A stretch of 49,123 nt of DNA, counting the filler, from Streblomastix strix (taxonomy: Eukaryota): assembly GCA_008636045.1 (NCBI GenBank). It is 2 parts of 2 records of this genome, joined end to end, with 100 filler letters (N's around TTAATTAATTAA, not from the genome) between each part and the next. Parts side by side here need not be neighbours in the genome. Positions count along the whole stretch, not along the records: positions 24,613 to 49,123 come from SNRW01000230.1; 1 more part is not named here. One strand, written 5' to 3'. The notes beneath the pieces are model-generated. The model was not told the DNA's origin. It saw only the letters and a list, made by a program, of their open reading frames with translations, and ran no database searches. How positions within the stretch are numbered: position 1 is the stretch's first letter; each line of letters begins with the position of its first letter. The translations under genes were made by a program, and so were the position numbers. Below are positions 26,790 to 38,542 of the stretch, in pieces.

Positions 26790-27826
26790 TATGGAATTAA
26801 TAAATAAAATATTGGAGAGTTCATTTTGTCTTATGAACTTTAGTAGAAGCTCTCAATTTCTTGACTACATTCTATTATGCAATAGAAGTTCATAATAACT
26901 ATGATATTGGAATATAATTTTTTTTAGTCTTCGTATCTTATTTACCTACTGGAACTACTGATTTCTTCATATAATGTTGAGGATTACAAAACTGATCATA
27001 TTTATAACCTAACTAATACGATTCAAATGATGATCTACCATAGATATCATTAATAGGAGATCTGCCCAAATCTGAAGCTCAAGTATCATAAACATTATTG
27101 AGATTATTATCTTAAAAAATAGCTTATTTTATTTTTTAAAGTTCACTATCAATAAAAAAATTTTAAGCTATAGTTTATTCTGGTTGCATATCTGGCTATA
27201 GTACTGAATCTGGAAGAATTTCTTGATTATTAATAGGATAGTCATTCAATCATTCTTCTTATTAAACTACTGAACTTCTAGATCTTAAATTCATAGATGG
27301 CTAATCTATTCTAGCAATAATATTTTACTCGTATTTCAAAGCATTCTCCATATGTTTGTCTTGTTTTAACTTACCATCTTCATTTACTCTGATCATAGTT
27401 TCATAAAGATCTTATAATTAGTTATTTGGGAAAATCTGTAGTTTAAATTAAACATCTAGCATAAATATCAGTCAAAACAAAGGTTCCAATCAAATCTTCA
27501 TAAGGTGATATTTTTGGATCTATTCGAAGAACTTCTTCTTCAATTTTTAATAATTATTTTCTAATCATTCCTTTATTTAAATTCTGACGACTATTTTTGA
27601 TTATATCTGGGATTTCCGCAACAAATTCAGGTCTATTTCTTTAATAATTATTATATTAAATTTGCACAGATTACATATTCTATATCAAATTACCAATAGC
27701 TTGTTGTTTATTCAACGTCTACTAACGACTATTAATGATTTGCGAGAATGTGTTAAGTGCAGCTTGTGATAACTCTTCTTCATATGATGAACCCTTAGTT
27801 TTACTCTTCTGTCCTTTCCAAGACAT
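26790..27826 (-). pseudogene. Conserved hypothetical Polinton protein X (element A copy); end approximate
   Basis: ATG 27826 MSWKGQKSKTKG.... C-terminal LGRSPINDIY..GY..KKNYIPISQL*TSIAQ matches the 35807-36721 protein. Confidence 0.55.
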
Positions 27827-28009
27827 ACTCCTAACTTATTTGAAAAATATATTTGGTAAGTATTTTAAGTATAAACAAAGTAAATCAAATTTCTAATTTC
27901 TTGAGATAAGTTAATAATAGTTTCTTCTTGTTTATTACTTTTTGTATTGAATATTAATATGAGCAATAAAAATATTTGAAAAACATATGTATTTTATATA
28001 TTTTTAAAG

Positions 28010-28233
28010 AATAATCACATTATAATAGAAGAATTTCTTGTTTTTTTCAATTTCTAAGTTTATTATTATGTGTTGCAACTAAATCAGATGCAAAAATTGA
28101 GCTCATATTTCTCATTTGATAATATAATAAGCGTCATAAGATGGACTAACTCAAGGAAATCATATGTGTTGCTTAGGGTACAGGTGAATAAGAATCATTC
28201 TTAAAATTAATCTAATATCTTAATGAAAAGTGA
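28010..28233 (+). pseudogene. Conserved small hypothetical protein (element A copy)
   Basis: QFLSLLLCVATKSDAKIELIFLI*QYNKRHKMDQLKEII matches 35418-35647. Confidence 0.65.
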
Positions 28234-28259
28234 ATACAGCAGTATATTTATTTTTGATA

Positions 28260-28800
28260 TAAAAGGAAAATCATCATTAAGCAAATAATTATTCTATTTT
28301 GACTCATATTATGGCTATGTTTCTTGGAAAACAACTATTTCCAGTGGATCTAAATCATTTTTAGCAAATTCTCTTATTAACATGCCCATAAATCTCACTC
28401 GTAATCTGAATCAAGATTATTTAGAGATATCTCATTGTATGAAATCATATATAAATAAGAAATTCTATGAATAATCTATGAATCCTAATGGAAATTTTAA
28501 ATTAACAGAGATAACTGTGATTCCAACTATAAAAATCAACTTCAATACTATTATCAACAATTGAAATAGTAATGAATAGAATTATTAAGGGTATTAATAT
28601 GCCCCCTTAGAAATGTGTATTATTACAACATAGTAAAATAGGTTTGTTGACATTGAAGAATAATGAATTTGAATGACGAATACTTGTAATCGTGGAGCAA
28701 TTTGCTTTAATATTGCTATTAATGAGCGAACTTAGAAATTATCAGTTGGAAAATTTTCATTGATTGCTATAAATAAGTTTAAGAAAATTAGAGGATTAGA
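28260..28800 (+). pseudogene. N-terminal part of putative minor capsid protein, truncated (element A)
   Basis: VSWKTTISSG..NMPINL..NQDYLEISH and NRGAICFN..QKLS..FSL align with the N-terminus of 33936-35396. Confidence 0.7.
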
Positions 28801-28807
28801 TTGAATA

Positions 28808-28901
28808 ATTGGGCCAGATATTTAAAACACTGGCCCAATCATAAAATTTTTTGAGATAAAATGCTTATGTTTTGGGTCCGTTCTTTAAAAGGCTGACCCA
28901 A
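28808..28901. repeat. Two tandem related hairpins at the A/B junction
   Basis: ATTGGGCCAG/CTGGCCCAAT (28808-28839) and TTGGGTC/GACCCAA (28872-28901), both with TTTAAAA between the arms. Confidence 0.85.
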
Positions 28902-28951
28902 TAATGAACAACATTAATTTATTAATTTTATTTTTTTTATTAGTATATAAA

Positions 28952-29344
28952 ATGGAAAGACTATAAGAATGGCGTCGTTTATTTGGTTTTCCAGATTATG
29001 AGATAATGGGAGAAGAGCCGCATACTATACGCCGACGATGTGATTAATAAATATCAGTAATTAAAATAGAAAATGGATATTATAAAATTGAACTTAATAA
29101 TAAATGTTATTTCTTACATATACTAATTGCTAACGAATTCGTTTATAATCCCAATCCCAATTTTTATTATTTCATATAACATAAGGATTTAGATACATTA
29201 AATAATAAAGTAGATAATTTGGGATGGGTAGATGAATAACCCATTCCTAAACCGAAGCCTGAAACATAAACCATCGATCTAACAGCTGACGGTTCCATTA
29301 TCCTAAAAATTATTATATGCGGAACAACGAATTCATAAATTTGA
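28952..29344 (+). CDS. NUMOD4-HNH endonuclease-like protein (130 aa)
   Basis: EWRRLFGFPDYEI..NGYYKIEL..FLHILIANEFV.NP..IQHKDLDTLNNKVDNLGWV; open frame ATG to TGA under code 6. Confidence 0.8.
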
Positions 29345-29365
29345 ACAAAAATAACCCATTAATGC

Positions 29366-32300
29366 TCAAACAATAACGTAATCACTAGCCTTTAATCCAT
29401 AAACGTAAGTACAACAGCTTTAATCCTTTAATACTATAGCCTTAGTGTGTATGCCAGTAATGTCATTCTTTTATGTTTCTATTTTTGACATAATATAGTT
29501 CATTTATCCAAGTCTCATATTAGTCGCTTTTGTTATCGTTCCATCATTAATGTTATCCACTATATTTTATTTGCTAATTTTAGTCGTTTTCTAATTGACA
29601 CTCTTTAGTTTTATCTTTTCTTTTTCATCTACTTTAATATAATAATTTTTTAGGCGCTAGTGCTATCATTTCTGTTCCTTAATTTTCAGGAGCTAAATCA
29701 AGTATTTTTTTCTCATCCATTAAATCATTTTGTATAGTCGGGAAGAAATATTTTGCATAATCATCATAAAATTATTTATCTTTAATTACGCAGTTAAATT
29801 ATTATAAATGGCCTGCGTCAGCTGAGCCACTAACCGCCCATAAAGCTGAATCAGTATCACCTTCCACGAAGTGCATTTTTTACATGTCAAAAGCTTTATG
29901 CATAAAATTATATACAAAATTAAGATACCAATATTTAGCATTATCCAGCACAAAATAAGCCTCCTAAATGGGTGTCTTACATGCGCAGGTCTCATGGTTC
30001 ATTTATACCGCGTAAGCATTATCAGATAATTATTATTCATCCATAAAAGTATTTGATAAATGGGCCTTCAGGGCTCCCTTCTTATCTATGACCTTCATTT
30101 CGGTATATTTCTCTGTGTTCATTCCATCCTATCCATATGATGAGTTCATGATAATTTTACAAAACTATTCAAATCCTTTATTTCCTTCTATTTTCGCTTA
30201 AATTCTCTTTCCTATAAATTCCTTGACGAACGGATTAAATCCATCATGTTTATTAAATAAAATTAATTGTTTTACATCATCAATAATAAAATGGCAGTCA
30301 TCGATTAGGAAACATAAATAGTAAGAGCTGAAGGACATATATTAATCCATTGTCGATAATAAATTTGTTAGTTTTCGCTATTTTTAGTCTGTTTTAATAC
30401 CATTATTTTTCATATAATTAAACATGCAGGACCCAATGGTTTCATCATTAGTGGTAAATGTATAGTTTCTTATAATAGGTGGGAAATTAATAAATTAATT
30501 AATATATTTTTAGTCGATGTATCCCTTTATCTCAGCTATAAATAATTGGCCGTCTTTCTTGAATCTATTTTTATTATTAATTATATCCATTATCTTTTGT
30601 TTATCATAATACGCTGATAATCTTCCAATGACGGAGTCAGGCATAAACATTTTATTTCCTGTATATTTGATAAATTTATGTGGCTCTGATGACATAATAG
30701 AGGGGAAAAGAGAGTTGAAATCAACGCCGATGATACGTGTTATTCTACGGTTTGATGTTAAAACCGTTACTGTTTTAGTCTCTTTGTTATACTAAAATTT
30801 CTTTATTACGTCTTTTCACGTTATATTTTTCTCTATACATGACATTAGATAGGCCACTAGTTATAACACTACGAATAAATTTATAATTTTCAATGTTTGT
30901 TAAATTAGTGGGGAGACATTTAAGCATGCAAAATCTTCTAAGCTATATAAATAATTTACTAATATTTTTATCTTTATTTGAACAATATTTATTGCAATAT
31001 AAACAACATGGTTATACGTTTTATTTTGTATGGGGTAAATCATTATTGAGTCGATCAAGTGTTGGACGGTTATTGAATGTAAATTTATCCCCACAAATAG
31101 CACATGTTGATGTCTCGAATAATTGCTTAAAATAATCGAAGTCATTGACGGATACATTTTTGGAACTGTCATGATGTTTAATTTAGTCCTAAAATTTATA
31201 TCCATCTACTTTATATTTCCAAATTGAGGGATATAATACGAACTTATAAGAGTTGTCAATTATAGGGGGATAATTAGCATTTATATCAAAATCCTTATAG
31301 GCTAATGCGTATTTGATAGCGTTTGCACATGCGGCCATGGAAATGAAGCTAAACATATCAATTTTATACTCTATATTCATTTTTATTAAATTATCTATTG
31401 GCGCAATCATTATTTTTGTATCCTGTTCATTATAATATTATAAATATTTCCATCTATTTTTAAATTCTTTTGCATCATCTAAATAATTTTTATATTCGTC
31501 ATCGCACATTGATGAATTCTTTAGTGTTGAATTGAAAGCCTCTTAGGGGAATGGATCAGATTAGTTAAGAACTTCATTGTAATTATCATTGTTGATGTAT
31601 TCATATGGAAATACGCCTTTTTCATCACCTGCCTAAGTTGAGAAATTTTTAGCAAAATCCTTCAATGCCATCGGCTGAACATAGACCATAATATCGCAGA
31701 ATTTTAATTTAATTTATGAATGCCTATGTTTAACAATAATTTATTTGGCTTATGATGAACTACCAATATAACTCTTAATTTCCCAGTCCTCAGATTATAG
31801 ATTTTTAAATATAAATGCAAAATCGAACTTTGTGCTATTGAATCCAACAACGGGAACTTCAACGTCAAATGGCACATCATCGTTTAAACATTTATTGTCT
31901 TCGCCAATTTATTCCGCTTCTTTGAATATTTATTTAAGCCACTAATTTATAAAATCATCTCCATTTCTCAAATCAAAATAAATCGTTTTTATACCTTATT
32001 TATTCTTAATTGTTGAGGCTACAGAAAGAGGAACCAATTATGATAATTATTTGCTTGATTTTCCAAAATCTTTATTAATTATTTTCTCCACTGTTTCTAA
32101 ATCATAAGTGATATAGTATTATGTAGGCTAAAATTCATTTTCTCGATTATTTGCAAGTAAATAGGCGTATGTTTCGCTCTACATTATATGGGGACAAAAT
32201 GGTCTTTGCACTGTTTCCAATTTAATTTCTTTGACTATTTTACCTCCATTAATTTCACATTTCTTAATGTGTTTCTCATATTGTGCAACGAAGTGAATGT

Positions 32301-33910
32301 TTTTAGGGTCAAATATTTTTTATTTACAGAAGGGGCAAAATTTCAATCCTATTAAAGTTTCTTTATTCGAGATATAAAAAGCGTGTTATACCATTGATGT
32401 TTCACTATTGGCTTCATCAATTAATACATTAAATTCAGGAACTTCAACGGGTTCATTAACCGATTTATCAGAAGAATCACCAGAAACTTCATTAACGTCT
32501 TCATTATAGACTGCATCTGCAGTCTTACGACAGTATTTATATACCTTTGATTAATAATATGTTTAATTTTCCACTGAATAACTATAAATATTTATTTTAA
32601 TTTTCTCCCTTAAAACGAATTCATCAATTTCTGTTTCAATGTCAAACCCAGTGAAATCATTTAGCCATTTTTGAAATTCATTGTCATCTGTCTTGTATGG
32701 TAATTCATAAAATTTAGCCATATGTTCCTTTACCATGTGCTCTCGTGAGTGTTCCCTGATTCTTTATAGGGGTGAATCTGGATATTTAAATAAATTATAA
32801 GCGTAGAACCAACATATATTATATTTGCATCTTGTCGTTCGCAAACAATTTCTATGGCCCTTCATATGAAAATCAATTAGTTCCTTAATGCTGCCGCCTA
32901 TGTGATACCGTGATAATTTGAAAGTTTTTATCATCAATGAATAAATGGCAATAAATCGCTGTTTTGTACTATCTAAATTAAAGTTCTACATTTCAATTAT
33001 TTCAGATTTTACAAATTATTTATATTCCTCGATATCTTATTCATTGATGATTGATTTAGGGGTGTGCCTTTATGTCCTTGATTCATTGGGTGTAATGTGC
33101 CCGTATGACACTGATAGATGACCATTTTTGTCTCTATTTTACTTCTCATAAATTACTCCAAAATCAAAGGTAATTTTAAATGGTTTAAGATTTTATTTTT
33201 CATAGACTTCATCAATAAAATTATTTATCTCGCCTAAAGAATAAATGAAATTATAAAAGTATGTATCGCTTATTTCACCTTCAATATCCTTTTCAAAATG
33301 ATATCCTTTGCGTGCTTAACTAACTGCTTCAATAAATTTATGTCCTATTTATGGAGGGAAATAAAGCAAGATGTTAGACCAGCCATTTTCAATCTCATTA
33401 ACTTCGCCGTTGTTGTATTTATTAATTTTATCCTTTATTTCTTCGTTCTATTATATTTCAATGTATATTTATGGAAGAACAAAATTGCGTTTGGTCTCGC
33501 TAAAGTTCTCTGGTTTTGTGAATTAAATTGTCTCATTAAGCAAACGCTATTGAATCTATTAATCATATTCCTGCTATGCATATTCTTATTATTGTTCGCG
33601 TTTATATTCAAGCAAATCCTATTTATATTAATTCTAATGGAAATAATTGATTTGGTTGTTTTGCTCCATTAGTCCTTGCTATTGATGCTATTATTATCGT
33701 TATTATTGATGTTGTTGTTATTATTGTTATGCTTCAGCCACTTACCGCAAATGCACATTATAAAGCACTTTGCCATGGCCCCCTTGTTTATTTTGAATAT
33801 TATTGTGGGTGAATTATTTAATCTTTATATTAGTTTATCCTTTTGATACAAAACGCGTATTCTATTGCCGCTGTTTAATAGTAGCCGATTTTTTTATTTA
33901 ATTTGTCCAT
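29366..33910 (-). pseudogene. Protein-primed DNA polymerase B (element B), frameshifted
   Basis: Exonuclease motifs YDLET and GFNSTKFD; Cys/His insert CAICG..TLDR..PH..CCLYCN; polymerase motifs GVDFNSLFPS, KIIMNSSYG, EGDTDS. 1-nt indels near 29650, 30830 and 33780. Confidence 0.93.
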
Positions 33911-33935
33911 TTATAATAAATACATATAATTTATT

Positions 33936-35396
33936 TCATTGATATTAAATTTCTAGTAGTAAATTATTATACATATCACAATATTATGTCGGTATCTTAC
34001 GGCCAAAGTTATCATATAATTTTAATACGACTGATTTATTCTAGCCAATAAAACACTCTTAAGACATCATATTTTAACCCCATAAAACAGGGGCATCTAC
34101 CAAGTTCTATTTAAAGCAAACATTATTAAACCCATTACCCCCGACTGTCTCCATCGTTATACCCTTTAATTAATTATTTACGCATATAATTAATATTTAT
34201 GGATATTCAATAAAATTACCTATAAATGGGCAAAATATCAGTATATCAGGAATCAAACTATTAGCTTAAAATTTAGTCTTATAAAACCAAGTCTCCAAAT
34301 CAATCTGTTTTATTGACGATGCAAAATTAACCAGTTAATTAGCTTTATTTTCACTTAGCCCATCATACAAGTCCAAATCGCCAACGAGTTAGGTATATAA
34401 ATTTGGCGATAATATTAATTTTTTAGCATACCAATTAAAATATTCAACTGATGCATACTCACTAACAACTTCCGCGATGAATTAGCCATAAAAGCCAGTC
34501 CCTCCAATCGCCGCATAAATATCCGTCCATTTGCTAGTGGTTAAAGCTGGTAGTGAGCATATTATTCTCATGGGAAACGTATTTATATTATTGATTATTT
34601 ATTGCATGGTCTATTGTTAAACATCAATTGGTTGGTCATCTAATGTTGTAATAGCCCCCGCTGAACTAATATTTATTCGCTTGTCGAATAAATAACGAAC
34701 TGATAATGCATTTGACGCTAGATGTTCAACAGAAGTTATAAAGTTATTTGTAGTTGGACAATATAATCGGATTAATCCAATAGCTCGAAAAGCAACACCT
34801 GTGCTATAGTCCATTATCCAATAGTGATAAAGGAACGCATCAATTCTTAAATTTAGATAATTTACAGCTGAACCTACTATATCCTGTCCATAATTTGTAT
34901 TTAATGAAAATTGATTATTTGATAATTTTTATGAATGTTCATTCTGGGGATTATTGAAGCAAATAGCGCCTCGGTTTGTTGTTATCTATTATTTGAAATA
35001 TTTTTCTTATCCGTCAATAAAATTAGTAAATTAAGGAACTTAAAGTGCAAGCAATTATGGAACATATTTATATCCCTAATTATCTTGGTCATCAACGTAT
35101 TAATTATTAATGGCTGTATCTAAATTTAGCCTGATAGGTGGCAACTCTGTTAATGCTTATAAAGTAAATGTATTGTTTCTATTATCTTGCTAATAGTATA
35201 TTTTTCTATTGGGGGTAGAAATTATATTATGTTAAATTTCTACATAATCACTGTTTAAATAATAGGGCAAATTTATTGGGATATTATTAATGCTATTCAC
35301 TTAAAATGAATTATAGCCTGAGGGTATTGTGGTCATCCATGAAACGAAATCTTCCTCTGAGTCTGAGCTAATAATTTGTAAGCCAATGTTTGACAT
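33936..35396 (-). CDS. Putative minor capsid (penton-like) protein, 486 aa
   Basis: Single frame ATG 35396 to TGA 33936 under code 6. Beta-rich, with C-terminal VVLKLYDNFGRKIP..NLLLEI recalling the penton 'L.D..G..I' terminus. Function is inferred. Confidence 0.6.
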
Positions 35397-35417
35397 TTAT
35401 TTAAAGTAAAAATAAAG

Positions 35418-35647
35418 AATTATTTTCTTCTTTCGTACAATAATTCAATTAATTTCTCAACTGCATTTTAGCTATTTTCTTAGGCTATCGAAATGATTTA
35501 TTTTAGGTCTTCCATCCTCAGGCGCTTATTAAATTATCTCAATAAAAATCTAAGTTCAAATTCGGGGTCTGATTTCGTGGCTAAAGAAACTAGAGAACAT
35601 AGAAATTAATTATAGACCATAAATTCCTCACATGATATTTTAATCAT
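35418..35647 (-). CDS. Conserved small hypothetical protein (element B copy); stop uncertain
   Basis: MIKISCEEFMVYNQFLCSLVSLATKSDPEFELRFLLRQFNKRLRMEDLKQII; homolog at 28010-28233. Confidence 0.65.
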
Positions 35648-35806
35648 TTAATTAAAATAAAAATAATTTTTCAATTATGATTTATGGCTAAAATTTGAGT
35701 CGTGAGAAGAAAAAAGACTGGATACAAAAATTATAATATCAATGGTTTCCATTTGATCCTAATTAAAATATAATATTATCATTAGAATATTTTAAAATCA
35801 AATAAA

Positions 35807-36721
35807 ATGTCATAATTGAACACTAAAGGAGGCCCGAAGTCATAAAAACAATATTATACACGAGCTAAAGCAAAAGCAGCATAAGAAAAAGCAAAACATA
35901 AAAGATCTGCCAGCACAATCCATATAGTTAGCCCATAGGATTATATCACCGTGGATCAAATCGGTAATGTAGAAGAACCAGATCATGACTCTATTTATAG
36001 ACAACAACGATAATATCAAAAATAAGCATTAATGGCCGCAAGACGCAACGCCATTAGTACCATGTAAAATAGCTTGATAAATTAAGCTCAAGAATAAAAC
36101 CGTCTCTTTGGGTTGCTTTATAGAACAAGGGACCCAGCATTTATTGACACATATAACCCTAATGCAGTGATAAATGAACCCGCTAATGACATCGCTAGCA
36201 GAGCCATACCATGGCACATGCTATTGTTATAAAATTAAATATAAAGTGGTAGCTCATCAAGTGGTGTCCCATAATTAAGGAACGAAACAGATTTGTAATA
36301 AGGAACATCAATGTAAGACATATTTAGCTAAAAAACGGATTAGGATATGGGACAATCAGAGGGATAAAATATTGGTTAATAATTGCGGGAAGAATATTAG
36401 TAAGCAAAATTATGGAGTGATTAATTAATATAGGATAATAAAGAAACAAATAAATTGGAGTACAAAGCGGGAGCCCCTGTTTTGGGATTACCACCCATAA
36501 ACAGCACATATACCAATAATCCATATCCTGTAAGAAATACGGGATATTATATGAATTAAGGTGGGATGCCATCATTAAAGTTGAAAAATGAAGTTTATGA
36601 TAAATGGAGTAAAATTAATAAACCAAAGGAGCGAAAAAATTATATTAAAACAAGTAAATTAATATAATCAGCTATCGCATAAGGAAAGCTAAAGAAATAT
36701 GGCAAAAATAAGAAAAAATGA
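35807..36721 (+). CDS. Conserved hypothetical protein X (304 aa; basic termini, Gln-rich core)
   Basis: Open frame ATG to TGA under code 6; homolog at 26790-27826. Confidence 0.7.
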
Positions 36722-36723
36722 AA

Positions 36724-37188
36724 TCAATTTTAAATATAGGAGGTCTATTCGTTAGTCTGTTCCTTGATTCCATTTTCAAATATTTCAATTATTTTAATCA
36801 AATCCTCTTTTGATAAAACAACTTTATTTAGCATTTTTTAGGCTGATAATTATAGTCCAGAAATGCCTGATTTAAATACTCTCTATTTTTCCATCAATCG
36901 TTACTCAAATTGTTTTCGCTGTAATCTAGCCATATCTCTGGCCTCTTTTTCAGTGTAATATTTTCGTGGCCTACCTTGCCTTGGTGTTGGTGGCCTCGGA
37001 GTTGGCGCCTTGCGGATTGAGCCTTCCACTGACGGCTCCGCTGACGGCTCTGATGTTGGCCCCATTACTGGCTCCATTGGTGGCTCCACAATTATAGTCG
37101 TTCATGACCTCACTTTTTTTACATATTTTTTACGTGGTTTTTTCTTAAGAATTGACTTTTCAATTTGTTCATTTATTTTATCTTCCAT
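36724..37188 (-). pseudogene. AT-hook-like (GRPRK) basic protein with EP repeats; one in-frame TGA
   Basis: MEDKINEQ..VRS*TTIIVEPPMEP..RQGRPRKYYTEKEARDMARLQRKQFEQ..; terminal TGA at 36724. Confidence 0.7.
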
Positions 37189-37226
37189 TTATTAATTGAT
37201 AAAAAATAAAAAATTAAAAAAATAAA

Positions 37227-37370
37227 TCAATTTAATTTAAATGTTCGTTTATATTTCTATTGTAAAGTATCAATCGAATCAGCTACTTTCTTTGTATAAT
37301 AGACAGGAACTTCAACCGTTTTAATATCTTTGTTTGGTCTTAATAATTCACAAATGGGCGTATCCGCCCT
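37227..37370 (-). pseudogene. C-terminal remnant of integrase (element B)
   Basis: ICELLRPNKDIKTVEVPVYYTKKV..KYKRTFKLN* resembles the element A integrase end (LLLNP..ITIPIYYTK..KYK..F); syntenic position. Confidence 0.6.
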
Positions 37371-37379
37371 CAAGTGACA

Positions 37380-38090
37380 TCAACACAATATTATTTTAAA
37401 AATTTTTAAAATAATTTTAGAAACAATTTTTATAAATGTAAAAAGCTTAATTTAGCATAACTCGAAAAAAGTGCAAAAAATATAATTCTGATTTATTTTC
37501 ATCAATGTGATTGTATTTTTCATAATATTGCTTTAAAACTTATTTTGTATTTTTTTAAATTACATTTATCACAATATATTACAGTTTTCACGGCAAGAGC
37601 GGCAAAAATTTGATTTTTTTATTTTTGTCATTTTTTACGGTTGTTTCAATTGTATTTATTGTTTTTTTGTTTTATATTTTTAATTTATATTATTTATGGC
37701 TATTTAATAATAAAAAACTATAAATTTATAGTTGTGCGTTGTATAAAAACATTTTTTATTTTTTTTACAAATTTAGCGTATCTCTTAAAATATAAAATAA
37801 AACTATTGATAAAAATAGTTATTATATAATATTTATTTATTGAATTAACCAATAATGAAGTGTTTGCATCAGTGTATAGCGCAAAAATCAAAAAATATCA
37901 AAATTTGCTGATTTATGCTCCCACTGCAGCAAAAAAATATCAAATTGGTAATTACTGAACCAGAAATATTTTTATAAATTAATATTAATATAAATCATAA
38001 ACTTATGTAACATTCATACGGCTTTAAAATCAGGATTATTTTTTTCGCACTTTTTTCTAGATGTGCAAAAAATACTTATTTTGATATGGT
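37380..38090. mobile_element. Non-coding AT-rich insert with nested imperfect inverted repeats (MITE-like)
   Basis: 37455-37494 vs 38027-38066 match as an inverted repeat at 34/40 by eye; second pair ~37600-37627 / 37882-37910. Genes are truncated on both sides. Confidence 0.5.
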
Positions 38091-38213
38091 GAAAGATTAC
38101 TGGTGAATGCTCATAGTTTTCAATACCTTACCCATCGCCATATAGCCACTAATATAGTCCGACTTTTGCGTTTTCGCCAATCTACTTAAATAATCGCTTG
38201 CTGAGAATGACAT
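38090..38213 (-). pseudogene. 5' stub of an unidentified element gene, cut by the insert
   Basis: MSFSASDYLSRLAKTQKSDYISGYMAMGKVLKTMSIHQQSF preceded by the element's T-rich/AAATG start context. Confidence 0.5.
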
Positions 38214-38284
38214 TTTTAAATAAATAAAAATAAATTATATTATCGAATGGTTATAAGCTTTTTATTATTTTTATTTTAAACTAA

Positions 38285-38491
38285 ATGGGATTCTTTAGTA
38301 AGATAGCAAATTTTGGATCGAAAATTTTAGGTGGCGTAAAACATGTTGCGTAATGGATAGCGCCAACTCTCCATAAAGTTCTTTCAACTGTAGCAAGCCG
38401 CGTAGGAATGTTTCATCCAGGAATTGGTGGAGCACTTGGCGCAGGTGCTAATCTTGCGGGGGCGGTAGATCGACTGGTAAATAAACGCTGA
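38285..38491 (+). CDS. 68-aa Gly/Ala-rich amphipathic protein, candidate membrane-penetration/cement protein
   Basis: MGFFSKIANFGSKILGGVKHVAQWIAPTLHKVLSTVASRVGMFHPGIGGALGAGANLAGAVDRLVNKR*; TAAATG start. Confidence 0.75.
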
Positions 38492-38542
38492 CAGATTCAA
38501 ATGAGGAACAATAAACGGAAATTTATTTTTATTTTTATATAA

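Larger units (their letters stand above)
24613..28800 (+). mobile_element. Polinton/Maverick-like element A (partial)
   Basis: pPolB C-terminus, integrase and four genes homologous to element B genes. Confidence 0.8.
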
